64,000 nt of DNA, taken from assembly GCA_964534685.1 (NCBI GenBank), contig CAZHPC010000001.1:23950-87949 (forward strand). The letters run 5' to 3'. The notes below the pieces were generated by a model, which had not been told where the DNA came from, searched no databases, and saw only the letters and a program-made list of their open reading frames with translations. This DNA comes from an uncultured Opitutaceae bacterium (GTDB lineage Bacteria; Verrucomicrobiota; Verrucomicrobiia; Opitutales; Opitutaceae). This document shows positions 38,764-47,969 of the stretch, piece by piece. The position numbers and the translations under genes are program-made. Positions within the stretch are counted from its first letter, which is position 1. Every line of letters starts with the position of its first letter.

Positions 38764-41700
38764 ATGAGCCTACCCCGTTTCATGCCCGCCGGCGCCTGCG
38801 GACACGTCCTCATGTGCCTCATTGCGGCCCTGCCCGCGGCGGCACAGGGGCCCTCCGCCAGGGAGATCGTCCCTAATCTGACGGGTAATATGGGGCGCCC
38901 GCTCCGCTATCGGCCGGACGGCCCCGATTTCGTGATCGAGAACGGGGCTGAGTTCTTCAACCGGTCCCTTTACGGCGGGAACACCGCCTTCAGGGTCGAC
39001 GGCGGGGACAGGCCCGAGTTCGTGCTCTACCTGCCTGGCCGCGGCGGCAATCTCCGCCTCGCCGTCCATTCGGTCAACGGCGCAAGATGGCTGCACGATG
39101 CCGCAAAGGTCGTGACCCGCTATCGCCCCGGCGAACTGCTCTACGAGGTGCGGGACCCGCTGCTCGGCCCCGGCGGTGTCCTGAGGATCGACGCGCTGGC
39201 CTACGACCAAACGGAGGGCCTCGTCGTGCGCGCCACGGCCGAGAACACCGGGCCCGGCCTCGACCTGGTGTGGGTGTACGGAGGTGTGAACGGCCAGCGC
39301 GGCGCGCGCGACGGGGACATCGGCACCGAGCGCGTGCCGATCAGCCAGTATTTTCAACTCCAACCCGAGTTCTGCCGCGGCAACCTTATCGAGACCAGGC
39401 GCGGCGGCTTCCGCCTCACTGCAAACGCAGCGACGATCGAGGGGGTCGCGCCCGCGGGCGCATGGCTTTCGACCGCGGACGCAAGGCAATGGGATAACCT
39501 CCCAGCCCTTTTGGCCCCGGCCGCCCCGCAGCCGCCGGAGCTGCCGGTCCTCGTCGGAAGGGCCCCGATCACCGCCGGCCAACCGCTGTTGCTCTCCCTC
39601 CAACGCACGGCCGCAGGCGCCGGCGCTCCGGCAGAACTGAGCACTTATCGGGAGGTCACGGCGGACCGCATGGGCACGAGCCAGAAGCAGCCGACTCTCG
39701 CCCTGGCGCCAGCCTACGCCGCTGCGGACCTGGCGGCCAAATTCATCGAGACGGAGTCCCATTTCTCGGCCCTGCGGCAACGGGTCGCCGCCGACACCCC
39801 CGATCCCTATCTGAACGCGGCTGTCGGCGCGCTCAACGTGGCGGCGGACGCCCTTTGGGACGAGCCCGAGCGGGCCATCATGCACGGCGCCATTGCATGG
39901 CGAACACGGCTCCTTGGCTGGCGCGGACCTTATGCGCTGGATGACCTCGGCTGGCATGAGCGGGCGAGACTCAACTCGAGCCATTGGGCCGACCTTCAGA
40001 ACACGGATCCCATATCCGCCGCGGTCCCGCCTCCGGACGAGGCCACAAATCTGGCCCGCAACGAGGCGGGCCTGCATACCAACGGGGACATCTCGAACAG
40101 CCACTACGACATGAACCTCGTCTACATCGACGCACTCTTTCGCCACTTCCTTTGGACGGGGGATATGGAGTACGCGAGGAGGATGTGGCCGGTCATCGAG
40201 CGCCACCTCGCATGGGAGCGCCGCCTCTTCCGCCGCGAATTCGGCCCGGACAGGCTGCCGCTCTACGAGGCCTATGCCGCCATCTGGGCGAGCGACAACC
40301 TGCAGTACAGCGGCGGAGGCGCCGCGCACGCCTCCGCCTACAACTACTACCACAACATGATGGCCGCGCGCCTCGCTCCGCTGGTGGGCGCCGACCCCGG
40401 GCCCTACACCCGGGAGGCGGCGCTGATTGCCCGAGGCATGCGCGCGCTGCTCTGGCTGCCCGGGTCCGGCGGATTCGCCGAATGCAAGGACCTGCTCGGC
40501 CGACAGCTTGTACATCCCAGTGCCGCGCTTTGGACGTTCTACCACACGATGGATTCCGAGGTTCCAACCCCAGCGGAGGCCTGGCTGATGACTCTTCAGG
40601 TCGACCGGGAGATCCCCCATCTTCCGGTGCGCGGACCGGGCGTGCCCGAGGGATACCACACGCTGGCGACAAGCAACTGGATGCCCTACCAATGGTCGCT
40701 CAACAATGTGGTCATGGCCGAGGCGCTGCATGCCGCCCTGGCTTTCTGGCAGGCGGGGCGGCCCGAGGAGGCGTGGCTGATCACCAAGGGATCGCTGCTG
40801 GCCTCCATGTTCATGGGCATCTCGCCCGGCAACGTCGGCACAATGTCATACCTCGACGTGTATCGGCGCGAGTCGCAGCGCGACTTCGGCGACGGCGCCG
40901 GTGTGCTGTCCCGAGCCATCGTCGAAGGGCTGTTCGGGGTAAGACCCGACGCGCTGGCCGGCGAGCTGTTCATTGTCCCAGGATTTCCCTCCATGTGGGA
41001 CCGTGCTGCGCTGCGGCATCCCGACGTGTCCTATTCCTTCGTCCGACGCGGCGACCGCGACACGTACGTCGTGGAGCCTGCGTTCGCGCGACCCCAGAGG
41101 CTTCGCCTGCGCCTCGAGGCGCTGGGCAGGCGCGTTTCCGCCGTCGAGGTAGGCGGCCATCCTGCCGAGTGGCATATTCTGTCGCCCCTAGGCGCGCCCG
41201 CCTGGGTCGAGATCGCGGCCCCGGCGGCGGCGCGCACGGAGATCTCGGTGACCTGGTCGGGCAACTCCATCTCGTTGGAACCGCCGCCGGCCGCGCCGGT
41301 GATGCCCTCGGCCCCGATGGCCGAGGTGCCCGCGCCCCCAGCGGGGGCGGTTCTGGCACCCGTGGACCTCGCGCCGTATTTCAACGACCGCGTCACGCAG
41401 ATCTTTCGAAACGACTACCGCGCGCCGCGTTCGCCCTTTGTCTCGCTGGCATTGCCGAAACAGGGCCTGGGCGGCTGGGCGGGGCTCTACAATGCCTCAG
41501 CGGAAATCGACGATTCCGGATTGCGCGCCGTTTCCGCGAGGAACGGGGGCCGGCTCGTCCTTCCGAATGGAGTGCCGTTCGCCACGCCAGGCGACGCCGA
41601 TTCGAGGAACATCATCTTCACGTCGCAGTGGGCGAACTATCCGGCCGAGGCGGTCGTTCCGCTCGCGGGCCGCGCAAGCGAGATCTACCTGCTGATGGCC

Positions 41701-43473
41701 GGCTCGACCGGCCCCATGCAAAGCCGCCTCGACAACGGTGAAATCGTCGTCACCTACGGCGACGGCACGGCGGATCGCCTTGCTCTGGAGAATCCGACGA
41801 CCTGGTGGCCGATCGAACAGGACTATTTCATCGACGACTTCCAGTTCCGCCGGCCCGGGCCCCTGCCCCAACGGGTGGATTTGGAAACCGGCGCGGTGCG
41901 GGTGCTCGAGCCTTGGAATTTCGACGGCAAGGGCGCGAGGGTTCGAGGAGGCGCCGCCACTGTTCTCGGTCTTGCACTGAACCCGCTAAAGAATCTCAAA
42001 TCATTGACGGTCAGAGCCTTGTCGAACGACTCAGTCATCGGGCTCATGGGCGCCACCCTGATGTCGCCGCAGGTTGGTGCTGCGGCGCCGGCCGAAGCGG
42101 CGCTGCCGGACTGGGTTCGCGGCGTCGGCGCGCAACGCACGCCCGCGGGCACGCGGGTCTGCGAGGTCAACGCCTTCGGCGCCTTGGGAGATGGGACGAC
42201 ACCGGACACCTCAGCGATACAGCGGGCGATCGACGCCTGTGCCTCGGCTGGCGGCGGGACGGTGGCCTTCCCGCCCGGAACCTACCTGTCCGGGGCCCTT
42301 TTCGTCAAAAGCCACGTCCACCTGCGCATCGACGAAGGCGTCACGCTGCTGGCCATCCGCGACACGTCGGCGTATCCGGTACTGCCGACGCGGATCGCCG
42401 GCATCGAAATGCCCTGGCCCGCCGCGCTCATCAATGTGAGCGGCCAGGAGGACGTCGAGATCTCAGGAAAGGGCACCGTCGACGGGCAGGGCGACTTCTG
42501 GTGGAGGCAGTACTGGGCGCTTCGCAAGAGCTACGAGCCGCGCGGAATCCGGTGGGCGGCCGACTACGACTGCCAGAGGGTGCGCCTCATCGTGGCCTTC
42601 GACTCGAAGGACGTGACCGTTGCCGGCCTTCACCTGCGCCGCTCCGGCTTCTGGACCGTTCAGCTGACGTACTGCGACCGCGTGACAGTCGACGGCATCA
42701 GGATCACCGACAACGACGCCGTTGGCGGTGTCCGGGGCCCGAGCACGGACGGCGTCGACGTCGACTCGTCCCGCCGGGTCCTCATCCAGCGCTGCGACAT
42801 CGACAACAACGACGACGACATCTGCCTGAAGGCGGGACGGGACTACGACGGCCTGCGCGTCAACCGTCCCACGGAATACGTCGTCATAAGGGACAACATC
42901 TGCCGCCACGGAGGCGGAATCGTCTCCTTCGGCAGCGAGACCTCCGGCGGCATCCGCCACGTCGTGGCCTATCGGGACTCCGGGATCGGCACGAGCGAGG
43001 GCCTCCGCTTCAAGTCGGCCCGCACGCGCGGCGGCACAATCGAGGACATCCTCATCCGCGACATCACCCTGACAAACGTGCCGCTTCCCTTCACGTTCAA
43101 TCTCGATTGGAACCCGCAGTTCAGCAACGCCAAGATCCCGCCTGGCATGAAGGAGGTCCCGCCTTACTGGAACGTCCTCGCAACACCCGTTCTGCCCCCG
43201 GAAAGGGGATATGTGGATTTTCGCAACATCACGATCGCCTCCGTCACCGCGACCGGCGCCCGCAGGATTATCACGGCCGCCGGAATGGCGGAAAAGCCGC
43301 TCGGAGCCGTCCACTGGGAGGACATCCTCGCGCAGGGGAGGCAGGCGGGAGAGATCCGGGATGCGCACGGATGGACGATGAAGAACGTCCATTTTATCAC
43401 TGACGACGGGGCACCCGTAACAATCGCAGACTGCCAGGGCGTCGAGTCGCCCGTCGTGACCCGTGCCAATTGA
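38764..43473 (+). CDS. very large secreted multidomain glycoside hydrolase: uncharacterised N-terminal about 1150 aa plus C-terminal GH28 beta-helix domain
   Basis: One uninterrupted frame. Signal-like MSLPRFMPAGACGHVLMCLIAALPAAAQG from the ATG at 38764; other in-frame starts are at 38710 and 38566. The C-terminal region (about 42155-43470) has GH28 motifs FGALGDGTTPDTSAIQRAID, STDGVDVD, NNDDDICLKAG, FGSETSGG and RFKSARTRGG. Confidence 0.85.
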   Translation: MSLPRFMPAGACGHVLMCLIAALPAAAQGPSAREIVPNLTGNMGRPLRYRPDGPDFVIENGAEFFNRSLYGGNTAFRVDGGDRPEFVLYLPGRGGNLRLAVHSVNGARWLHDAAKVVTRYRPGELLYEVRDPLLGPGGVLRIDALAYDQTEGLVVRATAENTGPGLDLVWVYGGVNGQRGARDGDIGTERVPISQYFQLQPEFCRGNLIETRRGGFRLTANAATIEGVAPAGAWLSTADARQWDNLPALLAPAAPQPPELPVLVGRAPITAGQPLLLSLQRTAAGAGAPAELSTYREVTADRMGTSQKQPTLALAPAYAAADLAAKFIETESHFSALRQRVAADTPDPYLNAAVGALNVAADALWDEPERAIMHGAIAWRTRLLGWRGPYALDDLGWHERARLNSSHWADLQNTDPISAAVPPPDEATNLARNEAGLHTNGDISNSHYDMNLVYIDALFRHFLWTGDMEYARRMWPVIERHLAWERRLFRREFGPDRLPLYEAYAAIWASDNLQYSGGGAAHASAYNYYHNMMAARLAPLVGADPGPYTREAALIARGMRALLWLPGSGGFAECKDLLGRQLVHPSAALWTFYHTMDSEVPTPAEAWLMTLQVDREIPHLPVRGPGVPEGYHTLATSNWMPYQWSLNNVVMAEALHAALAFWQAGRPEEAWLITKGSLLASMFMGISPGNVGTMSYLDVYRRESQRDFGDGAGVLSRAIVEGLFGVRPDALAGELFIVPGFPSMWDRAALRHPDVSYSFVRRGDRDTYVVEPAFARPQRLRLRLEALGRRVSAVEVGGHPAEWHILSPLGAPAWVEIAAPAAARTEISVTWSGNSISLEPPPAAPVMPSAPMAEVPAPPAGAVLAPVDLAPYFNDRVTQIFRNDYRAPRSPFVSLALPKQGLGGWAGLYNASAEIDDSGLRAVSARNGGRLVLPNGVPFATPGDADSRNIIFTSQWANYPAEAVVPLAGRASEIYLLMAGSTGPMQSRLDNGEIVVTYGDGTADRLALENPTTWWPIEQDYFIDDFQFRRPGPLPQRVDLETGAVRVLEPWNFDGKGARVRGGAATVLGLALNPLKNLKSLTVRALSNDSVIGLMGATLMSPQVGAAAPAEAALPDWVRGVGAQRTPAGTRVCEVNAFGALGDGTTPDTSAIQRAIDACASAGGGTVAFPPGTYLSGALFVKSHVHLRIDEGVTLLAIRDTSAYPVLPTRIAGIEMPWPAALINVSGQEDVEISGKGTVDGQGDFWWRQYWALRKSYEPRGIRWAADYDCQRVRLIVAFDSKDVTVAGLHLRRSGFWTVQLTYCDRVTVDGIRITDNDAVGGVRGPSTDGVDVDSSRRVLIQRCDIDNNDDDICLKAGRDYDGLRVNRPTEYVVIRDNICRHGGGIVSFGSETSGGIRHVVAYRDSGIGTSEGLRFKSARTRGGTIEDILIRDITLTNVPLPFTFNLDWNPQFSNAKIPPGMKEVPPYWNVLATPVLPPERGYVDFRNITIASVTATGARRIITAAGMAEKPLGAVHWEDILAQGRQAGEIRDAHGWTMKNVHFITDDGAPVTIADCQGVESPVVTRAN

Positions 43474-43502
43474 AGCCCCTTTTCCATCCCCTCCACTCCA
43501 AC

Positions 43503-44828
43503 ATGAAACGAATCCTCCCCTTCCTTGTCCTCATCCTCGCAGCCGCCCCATTGCCGGCAGCCGTGTTCTCCCCGGCCGGTTACGGGGCGGCCTTTGGCGG
43601 CGCAAACGAAGGCGCCGCGCTGCAGAAGGCCATTGACGCCGCGAGCGCCGCCGGCGGCGGCACCGTGGTAATCCCAGCTGGACGCACGCTCGTGGCGGGG
43701 TCCATCGAGCTCAGGTCCAACGTTGTCCTTGACCTGGAGCCCGGCTCACACCTGGTGGCAAGCACCCGTCAATCCGACTATCCCGACTCCATCTTCATAA
43801 AGGCGCGCCATGCGGAGAACATCGCCATCACGGGCTCGGGGACGGTCGACGGCCGCGGCATCGAATTCCTGGGTAAGGAGGGCCCCTACATCTACGAGAA
43901 CAAGCCGTGGCGGCCCCGGCTTATCCTCCTTGAGGACTGCCGCCACGTGAGGGTGAGGGACGTGAACCTGCGGGAGGCGGCGTTCTGGTCGCTCCACCTC
44001 GCCGGCTGCGAGGACGTCTCGATCCGCGGGATCTCGATACGCAACAGCCTCAAGGCCCCGAACTGTGACGGCATCGATCCCGACCACTCGCGAAACGTGC
44101 GCATCACCGACTGCTCCGTCGAATGCGGGGACGACGCCATCGTCGTCAAGACAAGCCGCGAATTCGCCCGCTACGGCCCCTGCGAGAACATCGTGGTGTC
44201 CGGCTGCGTCCTCACGACGCACGACTGCGCGCTCAAGATCGGATCGGAGACCGTGGACCCGATTCGGAACATCGTGTTCTCCGACTGCGTCGTGAACCAG
44301 TGCAACAGGGGGATCGGGATCATGCTGCGGGACGAGGGAAGCGTGGAGAACGTCGTGGCGCACGATATCGTCATCCGCTCGCAGCTCTTCTACCAGGCGT
44401 GGTGGGGCGCCTCCGAGGCGATCTACGTGGACGCACACCCGCGCACCCCCGGTGGCAAGCTCGGCCACCTTCGCGAGCTGCGCTTCTCCCACATCATCTC
44501 GCACGCGGAGGCCGGCGTCTTCATCCAGGGCTCGCCCGAGTGCACCCCGGAGGACATCGTGCTCGACGACGTGACGCTCGACATCGCCAAGACGACCGAA
44601 TGGCCAAGCCGGTTCGACCTGAGGCCGCCCGAGGAGCTCGGAGTCCAGGAAAAAGGCGTCGTGATCGCGGGGATCCACCTGCAGGACGCCCGCCACGTGA
44701 CCCTCAGGGACTGCACGGTTCGCTGGGGCCCGAACCCTCCGGCAAGCTACGGCCCCGCGCTCTGGAAGGAGCGGGTGGATGGACTGCAGGTTGAGAACTT
44801 CCAGGGATCCGACGCCCACTCGCAGTGA
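43503..44828 (+). CDS. glycoside hydrolase family 28 protein (polygalacturonase/rhamnogalacturonase-like)
   Basis: Signal MKRILPFLVLILAAAPLPAA. Motifs NCDGIDPD, CGDDAIVVK, CALKIGSE and RGIGIMLR. Confidence 0.85.
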   Translation: MKRILPFLVLILAAAPLPAAVFSPAGYGAAFGGANEGAALQKAIDAASAAGGGTVVIPAGRTLVAGSIELRSNVVLDLEPGSHLVASTRQSDYPDSIFIKARHAENIAITGSGTVDGRGIEFLGKEGPYIYENKPWRPRLILLEDCRHVRVRDVNLREAAFWSLHLAGCEDVSIRGISIRNSLKAPNCDGIDPDHSRNVRITDCSVECGDDAIVVKTSREFARYGPCENIVVSGCVLTTHDCALKIGSETVDPIRNIVFSDCVVNQCNRGIGIMLRDEGSVENVVAHDIVIRSQLFYQAWWGASEAIYVDAHPRTPGGKLGHLRELRFSHIISHAEAGVFIQGSPECTPEDIVLDDVTLDIAKTTEWPSRFDLRPPEELGVQEKGVVIAGIHLQDARHVTLRDCTVRWGPNPPASYGPALWKERVDGLQVENFQGSDAHSQ

Positions 44829-44875
44829 CCCGCCGCCAAGGCGGCGACTGCGCGCTAACTACCCCGACTCGCCGC

Positions 44876-44888
44876 TCTGACTGTCCGG
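44876..44888 (+). promoter_or_regulatory. candidate operator, copy S3 of the TCTGAC-N-GTC(A/C)G(A/G) motif, 60 nt upstream of the GH106 start
   Basis: tctgactgtccgg. With the preceding C (44875-44887), it is 13/13 identical to the copy at 57483-57495. Confidence 0.45.
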
Positions 44889-44947
44889 CTTGATTGCCCT
44901 CGCCGCACCGTGCCCTACGATCGTCCGATCTCCCTGCGAACCCCGAC

Positions 44948-47899
44948 ATGCCCGCCCCGTTCTACGCCCGCCTTGGATTAGCCTTCGCCGTCCTCCCGCT
45001 GGCGGCCGCGCTTGGGGCCGCAGGCGCCGAGGAAGAGCCGGCCGGTCCCCTCGCTTGGCCCACGCCGACCCAGACCTCCCGCCCGTGGGCGCGCTGGTGG
45101 TGGCTCGGCAGCGCGGTGGACCAGCCGAATCTCGAGCACCTTCTCACCGAGTACCGCGACGCGGGACTCGGCGGCGTCGAAATCTGCCCGATCTACGGGG
45201 CCAAGGGTTATGAGGCGCGCTTCATCGACTACCTTTCACCCGGGTGGCTGGACATGCTCGCGGTCACGACGCGCACCGCCGGCAGGCTGAACATCGGAGT
45301 CGACATGACGACCGGCACCGGCTGGCCGATGGGCGGACCGTGGATCCCCGCCGATCAGGCATCGGAGTCGGTTTCCCTCAGGCACATCGCGCTCGATCCC
45401 GACGGGCGGATCCCGGAATCGTTCAGCAGCTTCCTGGCCGGCGCAGCAGCCAGGGGCGTCTCCACGGAGGCGGGAGCCAAGGCCGGCGCCATGGATGGAA
45501 TTGTCAGCGGCTCGGAGGGCCGCGCCAAGTTGCTGTGCCTCAGGGCGGTCGGGCCCGACGGCACGCAGGTGGACCTCACGGGCCGCATTCACGACGGGCG
45601 TGCGGACTGGTCGGCACCCGGAGCCGGATGGAGCCTCTTCTCGCTCACCGCGCGCCAGCCCGTGCAGAGGGTCAAGCGGGCGGCGCCCGGCGATGCCGGC
45701 AATGTCGTCGATCCCTATTCGGTCGCCGCGCTCGACACCTTTCTTTCGCGATTCGACGAGGCCTTCCGGGCCTACGCCGGCCCGATGCCGCGCGCCCAGT
45801 TTCACGATTCGTTCGAGTACTTCGGAGCCAACTGGACGCCGGACTTCTTCGGGGAATTCGCAAGGCGCCGCGGTTACGACCTTCGCGAACACCTGCAGGC
45901 GCTCGCGGGAGAGGGCGATCCGGATACCGCGTCCCGGGTGAGGGAGGACTATCGTCGGACGATCGGCGAGCTTCACCTGGCCTACATCGCGCATTGGACC
46001 CTCTGGAGCCACGCGCACCACAGCCTGACGCGGGAGCAGGCGCACGGAGCGCCGGCCAACATCGAGGATGTCTACGCCGCGGCCGACATCCCGGAAACCG
46101 AGGGTTCGTTCGGGGGCGGGGCGGAGGACCAGGTGCCGATGCTCAAGTTCGCCTCGTCCGCGGCACATGTCACAGGCAGGACGCTCGCCTCCTCCGAGAC
46201 CTTCACGTGGCTTGGCGAGCACTTCCAGGTTCCTCTCTCCCAGCTCAAGGGGCCCCTGGACACGTTCCTTCTCTCCGGGATCAACCACCTGTTCTTTCAC
46301 GGCATCCCCTACTCCCCCGCCGATGCCGCCTGGCCCGGCTGGCTCTTCTACGCCTCCGTGAACTTCGGCCCCAACGGGGGCCTCTGGCACGATCTGCCGG
46401 CGTTCAATGCCTACGCCACGCGCTGCCAATCGATCCTGCAATCGGGGAGGCCCGACAACGACATTCTGCTCTATTTCCCCGTGGCGGACTTCTGGCAGCA
46501 GGCGCGGCCGGGCCCCGGAGCCGTTCCCCCGGGAGCGCATGGCGATCCGCTTGTCGTGCAATTCACGACACCCGGCAAATGGATGCTCGGGACACCCTTC
46601 CATGGCGCCGCGATGGAGCTCTGGCACAGGGGGTTCGCCTTTGACGAGGTCACGGACGCACTCCTAATGGGGGCACGGGTCGAGCGAGCCTCCGACGGGG
46701 ATTCCCGCGTCTTCCTGGGTGGAAACCGGTACCGGGCCATCGTGCTTCCACCGTGCCGCTGCCTGCCGCCCGAAACGCTCCGGCACCTGCTCGAGCTGGC
46801 ACGCGGCGGGGCCACGATCGTGTTTGCCGGCGGCATCCCTTCCGACGTGCCGGGCCTCGCAAACCTTGATGCGCGCCGAGCCGAGCTTCGGAAGCTTGCC
46901 GCCACAATTCCTCCCGGGACACGGCAGGCGGGGCTGCGCACCGCAAGGCTCGGCGCGGGGCTGATCCTGTCGGGCGGAGAATCCCCCGCGGCCGCAGGAG
47001 GCGTCTCGTCCCTCCTGGAGACGGCCGGAATCCCCCGCGAGCGAATGTCCGACGACGGGCTCCTTTGCATCAGGCGCCTGCGCGAAGGGGGATACGACTA
47101 TCTCGTGGTCAACACGGGGGGCCGCTCAATCGAGAAGTGGGAGGCGCTCGCGCGTCCGGCCTCGTCGGCCGTGCTCCTCGATCCCCTCCTCCCCGACCGC
47201 GCGGGGGTTGCGGCCACCCGCCGCGGAAAAGACGGCACCGAGGTCTTTCTCCAGATGGCGACCGGGCAGTCCTTCATCCTGCGCACGTTCACCGGGGCCG
47301 CGCCATCCGGACAGGCCTGGCGTTACGTTCGCCCCGCCCAGGAGCACGAAATCGAGCTCAATGGCGAATGGAGCGTTCATTTTTCCGACGGCGGCCCCGT
47401 ACTCCCCCGGGATTATCATACGTCGAAGCTCGGCTCCTGGACTGAACAGGATGATCCGGAGGCGAGGCGGTTTGCGGGCTCCGCGGTCTACCGCCTCAAG
47501 TTCGTCCTGCCTCAGACGGCGCGCGACATCGGGGACTGGAGGCTTGACCTCGGCCGTGTCGCGGAAAGCGCACGCGTGCGGCTGAATGGACGGGATGTCG
47601 CAACACTTTGGTGCGCACCATTTTGCACGGAAGCCGGGCGTTTCCTCGTGCCCGGCGACAATCTGCTCGAGGTCGAGGTCACCAATGTCGCGGCCAATCG
47701 CATTCGCGACCTCGATCAAAGGCGCGTGAATTGGAAGAGTTTCTACGAGATCAATTTTGTGAACCGGAATTACCGCCCCTTCGACGCCTCGGATTGGCCC
47801 CTTCGCGATTCCGGGCTTCTGGGACCCGTGGTCCTTTCGCCGATGGACGTCGTGCCGCCGCGGGACATGCCTGATGGCGCCGCTGCCGAACACCGCTGA
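44948..47899 (+). CDS. glycoside hydrolase, GH106-like alpha-L-rhamnosidase family
   Basis: Signal MPAPFYARLGLAFAVLPLAAALGAAGA. The N-terminal RPWARWWWLGSAVD...LGGVEICPIY...GTGWPMGGPWI pattern is typical of the BT0986-type glycosyl hydrolase family. The C-terminal region is galactose-binding-like. Confidence 0.75.
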   Translation: MPAPFYARLGLAFAVLPLAAALGAAGAEEEPAGPLAWPTPTQTSRPWARWWWLGSAVDQPNLEHLLTEYRDAGLGGVEICPIYGAKGYEARFIDYLSPGWLDMLAVTTRTAGRLNIGVDMTTGTGWPMGGPWIPADQASESVSLRHIALDPDGRIPESFSSFLAGAAARGVSTEAGAKAGAMDGIVSGSEGRAKLLCLRAVGPDGTQVDLTGRIHDGRADWSAPGAGWSLFSLTARQPVQRVKRAAPGDAGNVVDPYSVAALDTFLSRFDEAFRAYAGPMPRAQFHDSFEYFGANWTPDFFGEFARRRGYDLREHLQALAGEGDPDTASRVREDYRRTIGELHLAYIAHWTLWSHAHHSLTREQAHGAPANIEDVYAAADIPETEGSFGGGAEDQVPMLKFASSAAHVTGRTLASSETFTWLGEHFQVPLSQLKGPLDTFLLSGINHLFFHGIPYSPADAAWPGWLFYASVNFGPNGGLWHDLPAFNAYATRCQSILQSGRPDNDILLYFPVADFWQQARPGPGAVPPGAHGDPLVVQFTTPGKWMLGTPFHGAAMELWHRGFAFDEVTDALLMGARVERASDGDSRVFLGGNRYRAIVLPPCRCLPPETLRHLLELARGGATIVFAGGIPSDVPGLANLDARRAELRKLAATIPPGTRQAGLRTARLGAGLILSGGESPAAAGGVSSLLETAGIPRERMSDDGLLCIRRLREGGYDYLVVNTGGRSIEKWEALARPASSAVLLDPLLPDRAGVAATRRGKDGTEVFLQMATGQSFILRTFTGAAPSGQAWRYVRPAQEHEIELNGEWSVHFSDGGPVLPRDYHTSKLGSWTEQDDPEARRFAGSAVYRLKFVLPQTARDIGDWRLDLGRVAESARVRLNGRDVATLWCAPFCTEAGRFLVPGDNLLEVEVTNVAANRIRDLDQRRVNWKSFYEINFVNRNYRPFDASDWPLRDSGLLGPVVLSPMDVVPPRDMPDGAAAEHR

Positions 47900-47948
47900 T
47901 CCACCGTTGCCAGGCGCCGCCCCCTCCTCCCCGATCCTCCCAGCGCCC

Positions 47949-47969
47949 GTGACGGCCACCGGCCGTCAC
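47949..47969. terminator. candidate bidirectional terminator hairpin between convergent genes
   Basis: gtgacggcc acc ggccgtcac: a 9-bp perfect stem with a 3-nt loop. It overlaps the stop codon of the minus-strand TPR gene. No U-tract. Confidence 0.3.

Noticed and set aside
38770-41741. Long ORFs 38770-40731 (minus, 653 aa) and 39984-41741 (plus, alternative frame, 585 aa) inside the giant GH gene
   Set aside because: Both have Arg/Pro/Gly/Ala-dominated compositions and no recognisable domains. The 38566-43473 frame has coherent domain content and a GH28 module.
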